From contig CAVWHX010000007.1 in NCBI GenBank assembly GCA_963754925.1, positions 64,001 through 128,000 on the forward strand: a DNA stretch of 64,000 nt, given 5' to 3'. How positions within the stretch are numbered: the stretch's first letter is position 1; each line of letters starts with the position of its first letter. The stretch is from an uncultured delta proteobacterium (lineage in GTDB: Bacteria; Myxococcota; B64-G9). Positions 51,641 through 62,137 of this stretch are shown piece after piece. The notes beneath the pieces were generated by a model, which saw only the letters and a list, made by a program, of their open reading frames with translations, had not been told where the DNA came from and did no database searches. The position numbers were made by a program, and so were the translations under genes.

Positions 51641-51672
51641 CTCTTATCCCGTGGGCTTGGCTGGGGATCCAG
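51641..51672 (+). repeat. Degenerate fragment (copy D) of the nested repeat
   Basis: CTCTTATCCCgtGGGCTTGGCTGGggATCCAG matches CTCTTATCCCtttagGGGCTTGGCTGGaATCCAG at 9344-9377. Confidence 0.6.
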
Positions 51673-51833
51673 CAATTGCATGTATTCAACGTCTACTTTC
51701 GGCGGAATGACCAGTATAACTATTGAAAAGTTGTCGACCGGAAAAGGTTTCTATTAATTTCTTCTTTTCCTTTTTAGATCTGAGGGGTTTTGAATAATTA
51801 TATTTCCCTAGCTTTATTCTGTTCGTAAGATGG

Positions 51834-52688
51834 TTACCCACAATTTGTATCTGGGTTACAACTATCGCAACAACCGGATTTACACCATACTTTACCAGAT
51901 GCTTGTGTACAGGCATCGCTGCAAACAGTATCAGAACAGCTTGATAAACAACAACCTTGTTTACAGCAATATTGACCAATAGGACACGGAATATAACTAT
52001 TTCTTGAGCATTCACATAATCCACCGACAATACAAACATCGGCCCATGGAATGGCAGTGTTAGCGCAATCAGCTAGCTGTTCACAACTACATATTCCTCC
52101 ATTACAGGTGGGGCTATATCCCGTATGACCTTTACACGTTGCTCCGCAGGCGCCACAGTTTGTCGCCGACGATAACAGATTTTCCTCGCAACCGTTTGTC
52201 CAGTCACCATCGCAGTTACCATAATTACTATCACATTTATATGAACAAGTACTGTTACTACACGTCGAACCGCTCGCGTTTGCCACTTTACAGTTATTCG
52301 CACAACTACCGCAATGTTCCGGATTGCTCGTGGTATCGATACAACTCCCATCGCAACAGCTCTCCGTATTGGCATTACAAGGACCACAGGCGGGTCCGCA
52401 TCGGTAAAAATAATTAGAGGCACTTGATGAACGGGTGCATGCGCCGAGGATGCCGGCCAAGCACGGCGCACTTCCGACGTAGCATATACCAGAGTTACTT
52501 TCATAACAATCAGCCACGGCACCAACACATTCAGGCTTGACACACATCCCCTCGCTATTGCACAGGTATCCGGTATCGCAGTTTTCATTTTTCGTACATT
52601 TGGAATCCGGCGAGCCCGGGCATCCGGAAACCAAGACTACGAGCACCAGAGTTAGTGGCAAAACGTCCCAATAAGATTTACCCTTCAC
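51834..52688 (-). CDS. Cys-rich surface lipoprotein
   Basis: GGAGGAG RBS, lipobox VSGC and 47 Cys in 284 aa, with HCGSCANNC, NCGACGATC and NCDGDWTNGCE repeats. Confidence 0.8.
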   Translation of the reverse strand: MKGKSYWDVLPLTLVLVVLVSGCPGSPDSKCTKNENCDTGYLCNSEGMCVKPECVGAVADCYESNSGICYVGSAPCLAGILGACTRSSSASNYFYRCGPACGPCNANTESCCDGSCIDTTSNPEHCGSCANNCKVANASGSTCSNSTCSYKCDSNYGNCDGDWTNGCEENLLSSATNCGACGATCKGHTGYSPTCNGGICSCEQLADCANTAIPWADVCIVGGLCECSRNSYIPCPIGQYCCKQGCCLSSCSDTVCSDACTQASGKVWCKSGCCDSCNPDTNCG

Positions 52689-52812
52689 AGCACTCCTCCT
52701 TCAAAAGAATTCAGTCTCTCGAAATCATATATTGTTATTTTATCCATTCTTTAACCTTGTCCGTCAAGCTGAAAATTCCGTCAGTATCTCGATAACTTTA
52801 GACAATTCTTTA

Positions 52813-52842
52813 TTGACAATTATTCTTTTTTGGCTGTATAAG
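52813..52842 (+). promoter_or_regulatory. Candidate sigma70 promoter of the PEGA gene
   Basis: TTGACA-N18-TATAAG, followed by a GGAGGT RBS before the ATG at 52869. Confidence 0.4.
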
Positions 52843-52868
52843 CTCCCCCACCGGGGAGGTGGCACTGC

Positions 52869-54290
52869 ATGAGGCTATTAGTATTAGCGGTATTTTGTCT
52901 GTCAGCAGCATACTCTCAGTTAGTCATTGCCCAACAAACAGATAAACCGCAGGAACCTTCTCTTGCGCCAATTAAGACGGACAATCAACCACAACCAGTC
53001 CCTGCAACGGCCTCTTCCGTAATACCGGCGAAGACAACCAAACAAGAAACGTCGGTTGCCCCTGTACCTACCCCCAAGAAAACGCAGCCAGCCCGTGCCC
53101 CCGTTGCGGTGAAAAAGGCGTCGACTGTTCAACCGGTTGTTCCCAATTCAAAACCTACCACACCAACGAGTCCACCAAGGACATCGGGACCAGCCACAAA
53201 ACCAGGACCGACAACGTTACCGGCTCCCGGATTGGCGAGCCCAGCCCGGGGGTTTACGCCAAGTGTTCCTAAAGCCAAATACATTTTTTGGCACCTCTCC
53301 CCCTCGGAAGACGCAACCCCGGAAATCACCGCGCAAACGGAAAAAATAACCCGATTGTTCTTTGAACAAAAAGAAGGAAGTCTTCTCATGGACAGCCTTA
53401 CCATGGACTCGTTGCTATTCATCGAAGGCAATGAAAAATTCATGCGGTGCGGGGTAGGCACGGCGTGCTTGATCGGATTGGCCAAGGCGTCGGGAGTGGG
53501 AAAAATCATAGCGGGCGAACTGCGGTATCAAGACGACATTAATAGGTTGGAATTGATACTTATTGACGTCAATAAGAAAACTGTTATCTCGCGCGGCGTG
53601 GTTGAGTTTACGGGTGAGATCCAAAAAAACCAGCTGGAAGAACTCAGACTGGCCATGTTTGAACCGGATCGGTATCGCGGCATGATCAAATTGGCTTGCT
53701 CGGTGGATGGAGCCGAGGTATTCGTGGATGGGATCAAGGTTGGCATAACACCCCTGCCGCTAACGATAGAAAATGTTATAGCCGGCCCCAAAAAGCTTGA
53801 GGTCGCTAAACCTGGATACCGGACGTTTATCGCCGACTTCCACCTTGCTCCGGGAAAAACAAAAGAAGTGGTTGCTTCCCTCCTCAAAGTGGCAGGCCCT
53901 TCGAGGTCTCCTTCGTTTTTCTCGGTTGCCCCCTATTATAAAAGCCCCGTTTTCTGGACCTTGACCGGGGCCGGGGCTGCTGGGCTCGTGGCGGCGATAG
54001 TTCTCAATGTTAATTCCAATAAACTTCTCGATAACGCTAACTACTTAAATGCTAACCACCGGAGCGGCTACCAATCTGAAAAGGATCGAGCCGATAGCCA
54101 GCGGCTTGGCGCTACCATAGCCTATGCGGCTTCGGGATTGATGCTCATCGCGGCCGGGACCATTGCCGCTCTTGATCTGCTCAGGGTGACTTCGGGAAAC
54201 GATCACGACGAAACCGATTTCACAGGAGTTCAAACTCGTATTATTCCCTCGTATGACGGCGCGATGTTAACTGCTACCTGGCGATTCTGA
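52869..54290 (+). CDS. Exported PEGA-domain protein
   Basis: Signal peptide, Pro/Thr linker, CxxxxxC domain, PEGA motif VDGAEVFVDGIKVGITPL, a hydrophobic hairpin and terminal WRF. Confidence 0.8.
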   Translation: MRLLVLAVFCLSAAYSQLVIAQQTDKPQEPSLAPIKTDNQPQPVPATASSVIPAKTTKQETSVAPVPTPKKTQPARAPVAVKKASTVQPVVPNSKPTTPTSPPRTSGPATKPGPTTLPAPGLASPARGFTPSVPKAKYIFWHLSPSEDATPEITAQTEKITRLFFEQKEGSLLMDSLTMDSLLFIEGNEKFMRCGVGTACLIGLAKASGVGKIIAGELRYQDDINRLELILIDVNKKTVISRGVVEFTGEIQKNQLEELRLAMFEPDRYRGMIKLACSVDGAEVFVDGIKVGITPLPLTIENVIAGPKKLEVAKPGYRTFIADFHLAPGKTKEVVASLLKVAGPSRSPSFFSVAPYYKSPVFWTLTGAGAAGLVAAIVLNVNSNKLLDNANYLNANHRSGYQSEKDRADSQRLGATIAYAASGLMLIAAGTIAALDLLRVTSGNDHDETDFTGVQTRIIPSYDGAMLTATWRF

Positions 54291-54412
54291 AAGACTACGC
54301 GCGCTGGATAGGTTGCCCCCACCCAGATTTTGTTCAACACGTGAATGGTAAGCAATCCTTATACCATCGCACTTCCTAATCTAAAACAAAACTAGTGCAG
54401 CATGGTAACTCT

Positions 54413-57400
54413 TCATGCACTCCCGTTGGCAAGGCGACGCCTTCGGGAGAACCGATCAAGCGCTAGATAGATCACGGGTGTCGTAAAGAGCGTTAAGAGC
54501 TGCGAGAGGAGCAGGCCACCGACAATGGTGATGCCGAGCGGCCGGCGTAGTTCAGAACCCTCGCCAGCACCAAGCGCCAGCGGGAGTCCTCCGAGCAAGG
54601 CCGCCATGGTCGTCATCATGATGGGACGAAAGCGCAGCAGACACGCGCGGTGAATCGCTTCGCGTGCGGTGAGGCTCTCGTCGCGTTCCGCCTCGAGGGC
54701 GAAGTCTATCATCAAGATAGCGTTCTTCTTCACGATGCCGATGAGCAGGATCACCCCGATGAGAGCGATGATGCTGAACTCGATCCTGAACAACATAAGC
54801 GCCAGCAGCGCGCCGACCCCGGCCGTGGGCAGCGTGGACAGTATGGTGACCGGGTGCACGTAGCTTTCGTAGAGCACCCCGAGCACAATGTAGACGGCCA
54901 GAAGCGCGGCCAGCACGAGCCAGGGCTCGCTGCGCAGCGAGTCGACAAACGCCTGCGCCGTGCCCTGGGGCGCGGCGTGTATGCTGGCCGGCAATCCGAT
55001 ATGGGCCTCGGCGCTGTGGACGGTGTCGAGCGCTTGTCCGAGCGAAACGTTCGGGGCGAGGTTGAAGGAGAGGGTGACGGCCGGGAACTGGCCCTGATGA
55101 TTGACCGACAGGAGCGTACTCGATGGGGTGTAACTCGCGATGGCGCTGAGCGGGACCTGAGCGCCTGCCGGGGAGGAGACATAGATGTTACGTAACGCAT
55201 CGGGCTGCTGCTGGAATTCGGGTTTCACTTCCAGCACGACCCGGTACTGATTCAGCTGGGTGAACATGGTCGAGACCTGCCGCTGGCCGAAGGCATCGTA
55301 TAGAGCATTGTCGACGGCCTGGGGTGTGATACCCAGGCGGGCGGCGGTGTCGCGGTCGATATTGACATCGAGCTCGAGCGCCTGGGTTTGCTGATCGGTC
55401 GCCACATCGCGCAGCTGCGGCAGGGATTTCAGCGTCTCCAGCATGCGCGGCGCCCAGTGGTTCAGCTCGTCCAAATTCGCGTCCTGCAGGGTGTACTGAT
55501 ACTGCGTGCGCGTCCCGCGGCCGCCCATGCGCACGTCCTGCACCGACTGAAGAAAGAGAGTGATGCCCGGCACTTGCGCGAGCTTAGGGCGCAGCTCCCC
55601 GATGACCTGGTCCGCGCTCTGGGTGCGCTGCGCCCGCGGTTTGAGTTGGATAAAGGCATTGCCGGTATTAATCGTTCCGAAACCGAGGAACGAGACCGTG
55701 TGCTCGATGGCTGGATTCGACTGCGCCACCTTGTTGATGAGCTCCTGGCGAGCCCGCATAGCGGGGAAGGAGATGTCCTGCGGCGCGTCGGAAATGCCCG
55801 AGATTGACCCGGTATCCTGCTGCGGGAACAACCCCTTCGGAACGATTATATAGAGAAAGACCGTGAGCACTATGCCACCAACGGTGACCGCCTGCATGAG
55901 TGCGTCGTGGTCGAGAACCCAGGAGAGTGATCGATCGTAAGCGTGTACGAAGCCGTCGTAGAATCTGTTCGACGCGGCGAACGCGCGGCCGTGGCGCTGC
56001 TCTCGCGTGGCGCGCAAGAAGCGCGACGCCATCATCGGCGTCAAGGTGAGAGAGATGAACGCCGACACGGCGATGGCTATGCTGAGCGTCACCGCGAATT
56101 CGCGGAAGAGGCGTCCGACGATGCCCCCCATGAGCAGGAGGGGGATGAAGACGGCAAGTAAGGAGGCGGTTATGGAGACAATCGTGAAGCCGATCTGTTT
56201 CGCGCCCTTGATGGCGGCCGCAAACGGTGGTTCGCCCGCCTCGATGAAGCGGGTCACGTTTTCCGTGACCACGATGGCGTCGTCCACCACGAAACCGGTC
56301 GAGATGGTGAGAGCCATGAGGGACAGGTTGTTGATGCTATAATCGAGCAGGTACATCCCCGCGAAGGTTGCCACCAGCGAGAGCGGCACGACCACGCTGG
56401 GGATGAGCGTCGCTCTGGCGTTGCGCAGGAACAGGAAGACAACGGCTACCACGAGTAAAACGCTGAGCATCAGCGTGAACTGCACGTCGTGCACGGAGGC
56501 TCGGATGGTCGTGCTGCGGTCCATGGCGACGCTGACGTTGATGGCCGGCGAGATGGAGCTGGTGAGCTGGGGCAAGATGGCCTTCACGCGCTCGATGACG
56601 TCGATGATGTTCGCGCCCGGCTGGCGCCGGATGATCATGGCGATCGAGGGCCGACCATCGTACCAGCCTGCCGTACGCACGTTCTCGACGCTGTCCTGCA
56701 CGTCGGCGACGTCCCCCAGACGCACCGGCGATCCGTTACGATAGGCCAGGATGAGCGGTCGGAACTCGGCTGCCCGGTAGAGCTGGTCGTTTGCCGCGAG
56801 CGCCTGCGCCTGGCGCGTCCCGCTGACCGCGCCCTTGGGTTGGTCGACCGTGGCCTGCGCGAGCACCGAGCTCACGTCCTCCAGGCCAAGGCCGGCGCCA
56901 GCCAGCGCGTTGGGATCCACTTGGACGCGCACGGCGGGCTGCTGCCCGCCGCCCACAAAGACCTGCCCTACGCCGTCCACCTGCGAGATCTTCTGCGCCA
57001 GAATGGCGTTGGCCGCATCGTAGATCTGCGCGAGCGGGATCGTGTCAGAGGTGAGCGACAGGATCAGGATGGGAGCGTCCGCCGGGTTTACCTTTCGAAA
57101 GTTAGGACGAGTGGGCAGATTCGTCGGCAGGTCGCCGGAGGAGGCGTTGATGGCCGCCTGGACATCGCGCGCCGCGGCGTCGACGTCGCGGTCGAGGTCG
57201 AACTGCAGGGTAATGCTGGTCTGGCCCAACGAGCTTGTGGAGGTAATCTCGGTCATCCCGGCAATGCGGCCGAAGCGGCGCTCGAGTGGGGTAGCGACCG
57301 CGGAAGCCATGGTCTCCGGGCTGGCGCCCGGCAGGGCCGCGTTCACATTGATGGTCGGAAAATCCACCCGCGGCAACGGCGCCACCGGCAGTTGCGTGTA

Positions 57401-57484
57401 AGCGACGGCGCCCGCAAGCAGCAGCGCCGCCGCCAAGAGCGAGGTGGCCACGGGCCGGCGGATGAACGGCTCGGAGATGCTCAC
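54413..57484 (-). CDS. mdtC: Multidrug RND permease, MdtC-like
   Basis: The GTG start overlaps the mdtB stop. FIRRPVAT, LPGASPETMASAVATPLER, GFVVDDAIVV and RFRPIMMTT. Confidence 0.88.
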   Translation of the reverse strand: MSISEPFIRRPVATSLLAAALLLAGAVAYTQLPVAPLPRVDFPTINVNAALPGASPETMASAVATPLERRFGRIAGMTEITSTSSLGQTSITLQFDLDRDVDAAARDVQAAINASSGDLPTNLPTRPNFRKVNPADAPILILSLTSDTIPLAQIYDAANAILAQKISQVDGVGQVFVGGGQQPAVRVQVDPNALAGAGLGLEDVSSVLAQATVDQPKGAVSGTRQAQALAANDQLYRAAEFRPLILAYRNGSPVRLGDVADVQDSVENVRTAGWYDGRPSIAMIIRRQPGANIIDVIERVKAILPQLTSSISPAINVSVAMDRSTTIRASVHDVQFTLMLSVLLVVAVVFLFLRNARATLIPSVVVPLSLVATFAGMYLLDYSINNLSLMALTISTGFVVDDAIVVTENVTRFIEAGEPPFAAAIKGAKQIGFTIVSITASLLAVFIPLLLMGGIVGRLFREFAVTLSIAIAVSAFISLTLTPMMASRFLRATREQRHGRAFAASNRFYDGFVHAYDRSLSWVLDHDALMQAVTVGGIVLTVFLYIIVPKGLFPQQDTGSISGISDAPQDISFPAMRARQELINKVAQSNPAIEHTVSFLGFGTINTGNAFIQLKPRAQRTQSADQVIGELRPKLAQVPGITLFLQSVQDVRMGGRGTRTQYQYTLQDANLDELNHWAPRMLETLKSLPQLRDVATDQQTQALELDVNIDRDTAARLGITPQAVDNALYDAFGQRQVSTMFTQLNQYRVVLEVKPEFQQQPDALRNIYVSSPAGAQVPLSAIASYTPSSTLLSVNHQGQFPAVTLSFNLAPNVSLGQALDTVHSAEAHIGLPASIHAAPQGTAQAFVDSLRSEPWLVLAALLAVYIVLGVLYESYVHPVTILSTLPTAGVGALLALMLFRIEFSIIALIGVILLIGIVKKNAILMIDFALEAERDESLTAREAIHRACLLRFRPIMMTTMAALLGGLPLALGAGEGSELRRPLGITIVGGLLLSQLLTLFTTPVIYLALDRFSRRRRLANGSA

Positions 57485-60400
57485 GACGCGACCTCGCTGA
57501 CGCTTGGCCGATCCTCCGGCGCGCGCTCGCTGCGGCCAAGCAGGCGCCCGAGCCGCGCCATGTAGAGGTAGATAACCGGCGTCGTATAAAGGGTGAGAAG
57601 CTGCGATATGAGGAGGCCGCCGACGATACTGATCCCCAGCGGCCGGCGCATTTCGGAGCCGGTGCCAGTGCCGAGGGCGAGGGGGATCCCGCCGAACAGG
57701 GCGGCCATGGTGGTCATCATGATTGGGCGGAAGCGCAAAAGGCACGCCTGATATATGGCGTCTCGGGAAGATAGTCCCTGGCCGCGTTCGGCATCAAGCG
57801 CGAAGTCGATCATCATAATGGCGTTCTTCTTCACGATGCCGATGAGGAGAATGATCCCAATTAGGGCGATAATGGTGAACTCGGTATGGCACACCATCAG
57901 GGCGAGGATCGCGCCCACGCCGGCCGACGGCAACGTGGAAAGAATCGTGACGGGGTGGATGTAACTCTCGTACAGCACGCCCAGTACGATGTAGACGACG
58001 ATCAGGGCAGCCAGGATCAGCAGCGGTTCGCTCGCCAGCGCCTCGCGGAAGGCCTGGGCGGCGCCAGAGAAATCGGCGCGCACGCTGGGCGGAAGGCCAA
58101 TCGCTGCGTCGGATCGGTTGATGGCGTCGATTGCTTCGCCCAGCGATACGCCGGGGGCGGTATCGAACGAGATGGTGACGGCCGGGAACTGGCCCTGGTG
58201 ACTGATGGCCAACGGGGCGCTTTTGGTCTCCATTCGGATGAATGCGGCGAGGGGCACCTGATCTCCGGCCGAGGACCGAACGTAGAGGTGGTTGAGCGCA
58301 TCGGGGCTCTTTTGGAACCCGGGCTTGACCTCGAGGATCACTCGATACTGATTGAGCTGCGTGAAGATGGTGGAAACCTGGCGCTGGCCGAAGGCGTCGT
58401 AGAGCACATCGTCGATGGCCTGTGGTTGGATGCCCAGGCGCGCCGCCGTGTCGCGATCGATGGTGAGCAGCAGCTGCAATCCCGCGCTTTGCTGATCGCT
58501 TGCTACATCTCGAAGCTGCGGCAGCGACTGCAGCTTTGCGAGCACCCGCGGGGCCCAGGTCGACAGCTCCGCGAGGTCCGGGTCCTCCAGCGAATACTGG
58601 TACTGAGTGCGGCTGACGCGAATGTCTATCTGCAGGTCCTGCACCGGCTGCATGAAGAGCTGGATACCCTGGACAGAGGCAACCCGCACCTTGAGGCGCT
58701 CGATGATCTCGCTCGCGCTCGCCTCCCGCTCCGAGCGCGGCCTAAGAGAGATAGAAAGTCGGCCGCTATTGGTGGTGGCATTGGTGCCATCCGCGCCGAT
58801 GTACGAGGCGACAGCGGCGACGTCCGGATCGGCCATTACCTCCTCGGCCAGCGCGCGCTGACGCGACATCATGGCGGCGAAGGAGACGTCGGGCGCGGCC
58901 TCGGAAATGCCAAGAATAAGCCCGGTATCCTGCAACGGGAAGAAACCTTTTGGCACGACCACCGCAAGTAGTATCGTCAGCGCGAGGGTTCCCACCGTGA
59001 CCGCCAGCGTGAGGGGCTGGTGGGCTAAGACCCAGCGCAGGCTGCGGTCGTAAACGGTCGTCATGCCGTCGAAAAATCGCTTGAAGGCGAGCGCCAGACG
59101 GTTGGGCTCCTCGTGCTGGCGCAGCAGAAAGGCGCACATCATGGCCGTGAGAGTGAGCGAGAGAAGCGCCGAGACGCCGATGGCGATGGCGAGGGTCATG
59201 GCGAACTCGCGAAAGAGCCGGCCAATGAGGCCTCCCATGAAGAGCAACGGGATCAATACGGCAACCAAAGATACCGTCAGCGATACGATGGTAAAGCCGA
59301 TTTGTTTCGCCCCCTTGAGCGCCGCCTGGAAAGGCGTCTCACCCTGTTCCACGTAACGGGAGATGTTCTCGATCATCACGATCGCATCGTCCACCACGAA
59401 ACCGGTGGAGATGGTGAGCGCCATGAGGGAAAGATTGTTGAGGCTGTAACCGCACAGGTACATGACGCCGAAGGTTCCGATTAACGATAGCGGCACGGCG
59501 ACGCCGGGGATGATGGTCGCGCGAAGGCTGCGCAGGAAGACGTAGATGACCGCCACCACCAGGAAAACGGTCAACAAGAGGGTAAACTGCACGTCATCGA
59601 CCGAAGCCTGCACCGTTTCGGTCCGGTCGCTCAGGATAGTTACCTTCAACCCTTGCGGCAGCGCGGACGAGAGCCGCGGGAGGAGCGCCTTCACCCGTTC
59701 GGCAACCTGGATAACATTGGTGCCTGGCTGGCGTTGAACATTCAGGATGATGGCTCTCTGGTCGCCGGCCCACCCGGCCAATTCGTCATTCTCGACGCCG
59801 TCGATTACGTCGGCCACGTCATTCAGCCGAATGGGCGCGCCGTTGCTGTATGCAAGGATGATGGGTTTGAAGTTACTCGCCTTGTAGAGCTGGTCGTTTG
59901 TGGCTAGGGTGTAGTCCTGTCGCGGTCCATCGAGGTTGCCCTTAGCTTGGTTGACGTTGGCCGCCACGAGCGCCGAGCGCACGTCTTCGAGGCTGAGGCC
60001 CGATCCCGCCAGCGCCGACGGATCCACCTGGACCCGCACCGCCGGTTTCTGGCCGCCGTTGATGGTCACCAGGCCGACGCCGGCCACCTGCGAGATCTTT
60101 TGCGCGATAATGGAGTCCGCGTAATCGTCGACCTGGTCAAGGGGCAGCGAGTCGGAGCTTACCGCTAAGGTAAGAATGGGCGTGTCGGCGGGGTTGCTCT
60201 TGCTGTAGGTGGGCGGTGAGGGAAGGGTGCGCGGTAGGAGGTTCGAGGCGGCGTTGATGGCCGCCTGAACGTCCTGCTCGGCCGCGTCGATGTTGCGCTC
60301 GAGGTTGAATTGCAGCGTGATCTGCGAGCTGCCGAAGCTCGACACCGACGTCATCTGCGATAACGAAGGCATCTGCCCGAACTGGCGTTCGAGCGGCGTG

Positions 60401-60591
60401 GTCACTCCTGATGCCATGGTCTCCGCGCTGGCGCCGGGCAACAAGGTCGAGACGACGATGGTCGGGTAGTCGACTTGCGGCAACGCCGAGACCGCCAATT
60501 CCCGATAGCCGACGAAACCGGCCAGCAGCAACCCGAACGTAAGCAACGTCGTCGCGACCGGACGCCGGATGAAAGGCTCGGAGACGCTCAT
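57481..60591 (-). CDS. mdtB: Multidrug RND permease, MdtB-like
   Basis: LAVSALPQVDYPTI, PLERQFGQMP and GFVVDDAIVMIENI. It is the first of a tandem RND pair. Confidence 0.9.
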   Translation of the reverse strand: MSVSEPFIRRPVATTLLTFGLLLAGFVGYRELAVSALPQVDYPTIVVSTLLPGASAETMASGVTTPLERQFGQMPSLSQMTSVSSFGSSQITLQFNLERNIDAAEQDVQAAINAASNLLPRTLPSPPTYSKSNPADTPILTLAVSSDSLPLDQVDDYADSIIAQKISQVAGVGLVTINGGQKPAVRVQVDPSALAGSGLSLEDVRSALVAANVNQAKGNLDGPRQDYTLATNDQLYKASNFKPIILAYSNGAPIRLNDVADVIDGVENDELAGWAGDQRAIILNVQRQPGTNVIQVAERVKALLPRLSSALPQGLKVTILSDRTETVQASVDDVQFTLLLTVFLVVAVIYVFLRSLRATIIPGVAVPLSLIGTFGVMYLCGYSLNNLSLMALTISTGFVVDDAIVMIENISRYVEQGETPFQAALKGAKQIGFTIVSLTVSLVAVLIPLLFMGGLIGRLFREFAMTLAIAIGVSALLSLTLTAMMCAFLLRQHEEPNRLALAFKRFFDGMTTVYDRSLRWVLAHQPLTLAVTVGTLALTILLAVVVPKGFFPLQDTGLILGISEAAPDVSFAAMMSRQRALAEEVMADPDVAAVASYIGADGTNATTNSGRLSISLRPRSEREASASEIIERLKVRVASVQGIQLFMQPVQDLQIDIRVSRTQYQYSLEDPDLAELSTWAPRVLAKLQSLPQLRDVASDQQSAGLQLLLTIDRDTAARLGIQPQAIDDVLYDAFGQRQVSTIFTQLNQYRVILEVKPGFQKSPDALNHLYVRSSAGDQVPLAAFIRMETKSAPLAISHQGQFPAVTISFDTAPGVSLGEAIDAINRSDAAIGLPPSVRADFSGAAQAFREALASEPLLILAALIVVYIVLGVLYESYIHPVTILSTLPSAGVGAILALMVCHTEFTIIALIGIILLIGIVKKNAIMMIDFALDAERGQGLSSRDAIYQACLLRFRPIMMTTMAALFGGIPLALGTGTGSEMRRPLGISIVGGLLISQLLTLYTTPVIYLYMARLGRLLGRSERAPEDRPSVSEVAS

Positions 60592-61796
60592 TTCGCGCCG
60601 CCGGCGGGCGCTTGGGGATCCTGGGCAACCTGGGCAGGCCTGTCTTTGCCAGTGCCGGCCTCGCGCGGCGTCACCTTCGCGCCTGGTCGTAGCTGGTTTT
60701 GGCCGTCAGTCACCACGCGCTCGCCGGGTTCCAGGCCGCTCGCCACGATGGCGATGTCGCCTTGGGTGAGGTCGATCTGGACGGGTCGCATCGAGGCGGT
60801 ATTTTCTGCGCCGACCACATACACGAACGAGCCGCTAGGACCGCGTTGGAGAGCCACGGCCGGAATGACCAGCGCATTCTCGCGGGTCGTAAGCAGCAGG
60901 CGCGCGTTGACGAACTGATTGGGCCAAAGCAGGCGTTTCGGGTTCGGAACCACGGCCTTGAGACGAATGGAGGATGTCGCCTGGTTGATTTGGTTGTCGA
61001 TGAGCGTAAGTTGGCCGCTCCCGAGCAACACGGCGCCGTTGCGGCTGTACACCTCGACGGGTAAGGTGCCGGTGTGGGCCAGTTCCTGCGCCACCGGTGT
61101 GAGTTGATCCTGCGGAAGGGTAAAGAGCACCGCTATCGGGTCGAGTTGTGTCACCACCACGATGCCTCCGGGATCGGCGGCGTGTACCACGTTCCCCGGG
61201 TCGACCTGTCGAATTCCCGTCATACCATCGATCGGGGAGGTTATTCGCGCATAGTCGAGGTTAAGGCGCGCCGACCCGATGGCGGCGCGGTCGACCTCAA
61301 CCGTGCCTTCGAGCTGACCAGCGGTGGCGACGTCGGTATCGAGCTGTTGCTGAGCTATCAGCTTATCAGCGACAAGATGACGGTCGCGCTCAACGTTGAG
61401 CCGGGCGTTCTTGAGTTGCGCCTCATCGCGGTCGAGCGCGCCCTGCGCCTGCTGCAGTTGGATCTGATAGGGGCGAGGATCGATCTGCGCCAACACTTCG
61501 CCCCGCCGCACCGATTGCCCCTCGCGAAAGAGCACTTGATCGATGCGGCCGTCAAGCTGTGTCTTGACCGTGACCGTCATGAATGCAGTGACATTTCCCA
61601 GTCCCTCGAGGATGATCGGCACGTTTCCCTGTGAAGCCGTCGCCACCGCCACCGACACCGCGCGCGCCTGCGCGTCAGAACCTTGCGGCGCATGCGTCGA
61701 ACGGCCAGACGATCGGGACCAGACCATCCAACCCACGGTAACCACCGCGACTATTGTCACAACCAGAGCCGTTAGCCACTTTGTTCGTATGGTCAT
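60588..61796 (-). CDS. mdtA: RND periplasmic adaptor, MdtA-like
   Basis: GLGNVTA, LAQIDPRPY, VTQLDPIAVLF, IDNQI and LWPNQFVN. Confidence 0.9.
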   Translation of the reverse strand: MTIRTKWLTALVVTIVAVVTVGWMVWSRSSGRSTHAPQGSDAQARAVSVAVATASQGNVPIILEGLGNVTAFMTVTVKTQLDGRIDQVLFREGQSVRRGEVLAQIDPRPYQIQLQQAQGALDRDEAQLKNARLNVERDRHLVADKLIAQQQLDTDVATAGQLEGTVEVDRAAIGSARLNLDYARITSPIDGMTGIRQVDPGNVVHAADPGGIVVVTQLDPIAVLFTLPQDQLTPVAQELAHTGTLPVEVYSRNGAVLLGSGQLTLIDNQINQATSSIRLKAVVPNPKRLLWPNQFVNARLLLTTRENALVIPAVALQRGPSGSFVYVVGAENTASMRPVQIDLTQGDIAIVASGLEPGERVVTDGQNQLRPGAKVTPREAGTGKDRPAQVAQDPQAPAGGAK

Positions 61797-62137
61797 CTAT
61801 ATTATCCAATCTCAGGAGTTCGATCCAGCGCTTGCAGGAGCTGCGTACGCGAGATAAAGAGGTTTCCCACGACTAATCTTAGATTAAGCCGCCTCCACTT
61901 CGCTTCCGTAGGATTTAAGCCAAAGCCGAAATCATTGTACAGTTAAAATATTTACGGTAAAAAAATAAAAGGTTATATAACTTTGGGTTCCTTGAAATAA
62001 TGTTCGTATTAACTCCATCCGCTATTCCCTCCCCTACTTTGACCCCATCCCTTGCTTTTGGGTATACAATTACGAAGGTTCTTACCATTGACTCCCTGGC
62101 GGGCTGATGATAATTAATCTCCCCGTCCATTAAAAGG

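Noticed and set aside
54650..61857. Many long plus-strand ORFs opposite mdtABC (e.g. 56489-57565, 57886-58971)
   Set aside because: These are antisense shadows of high-GC coding sequence with no recognisable motifs.
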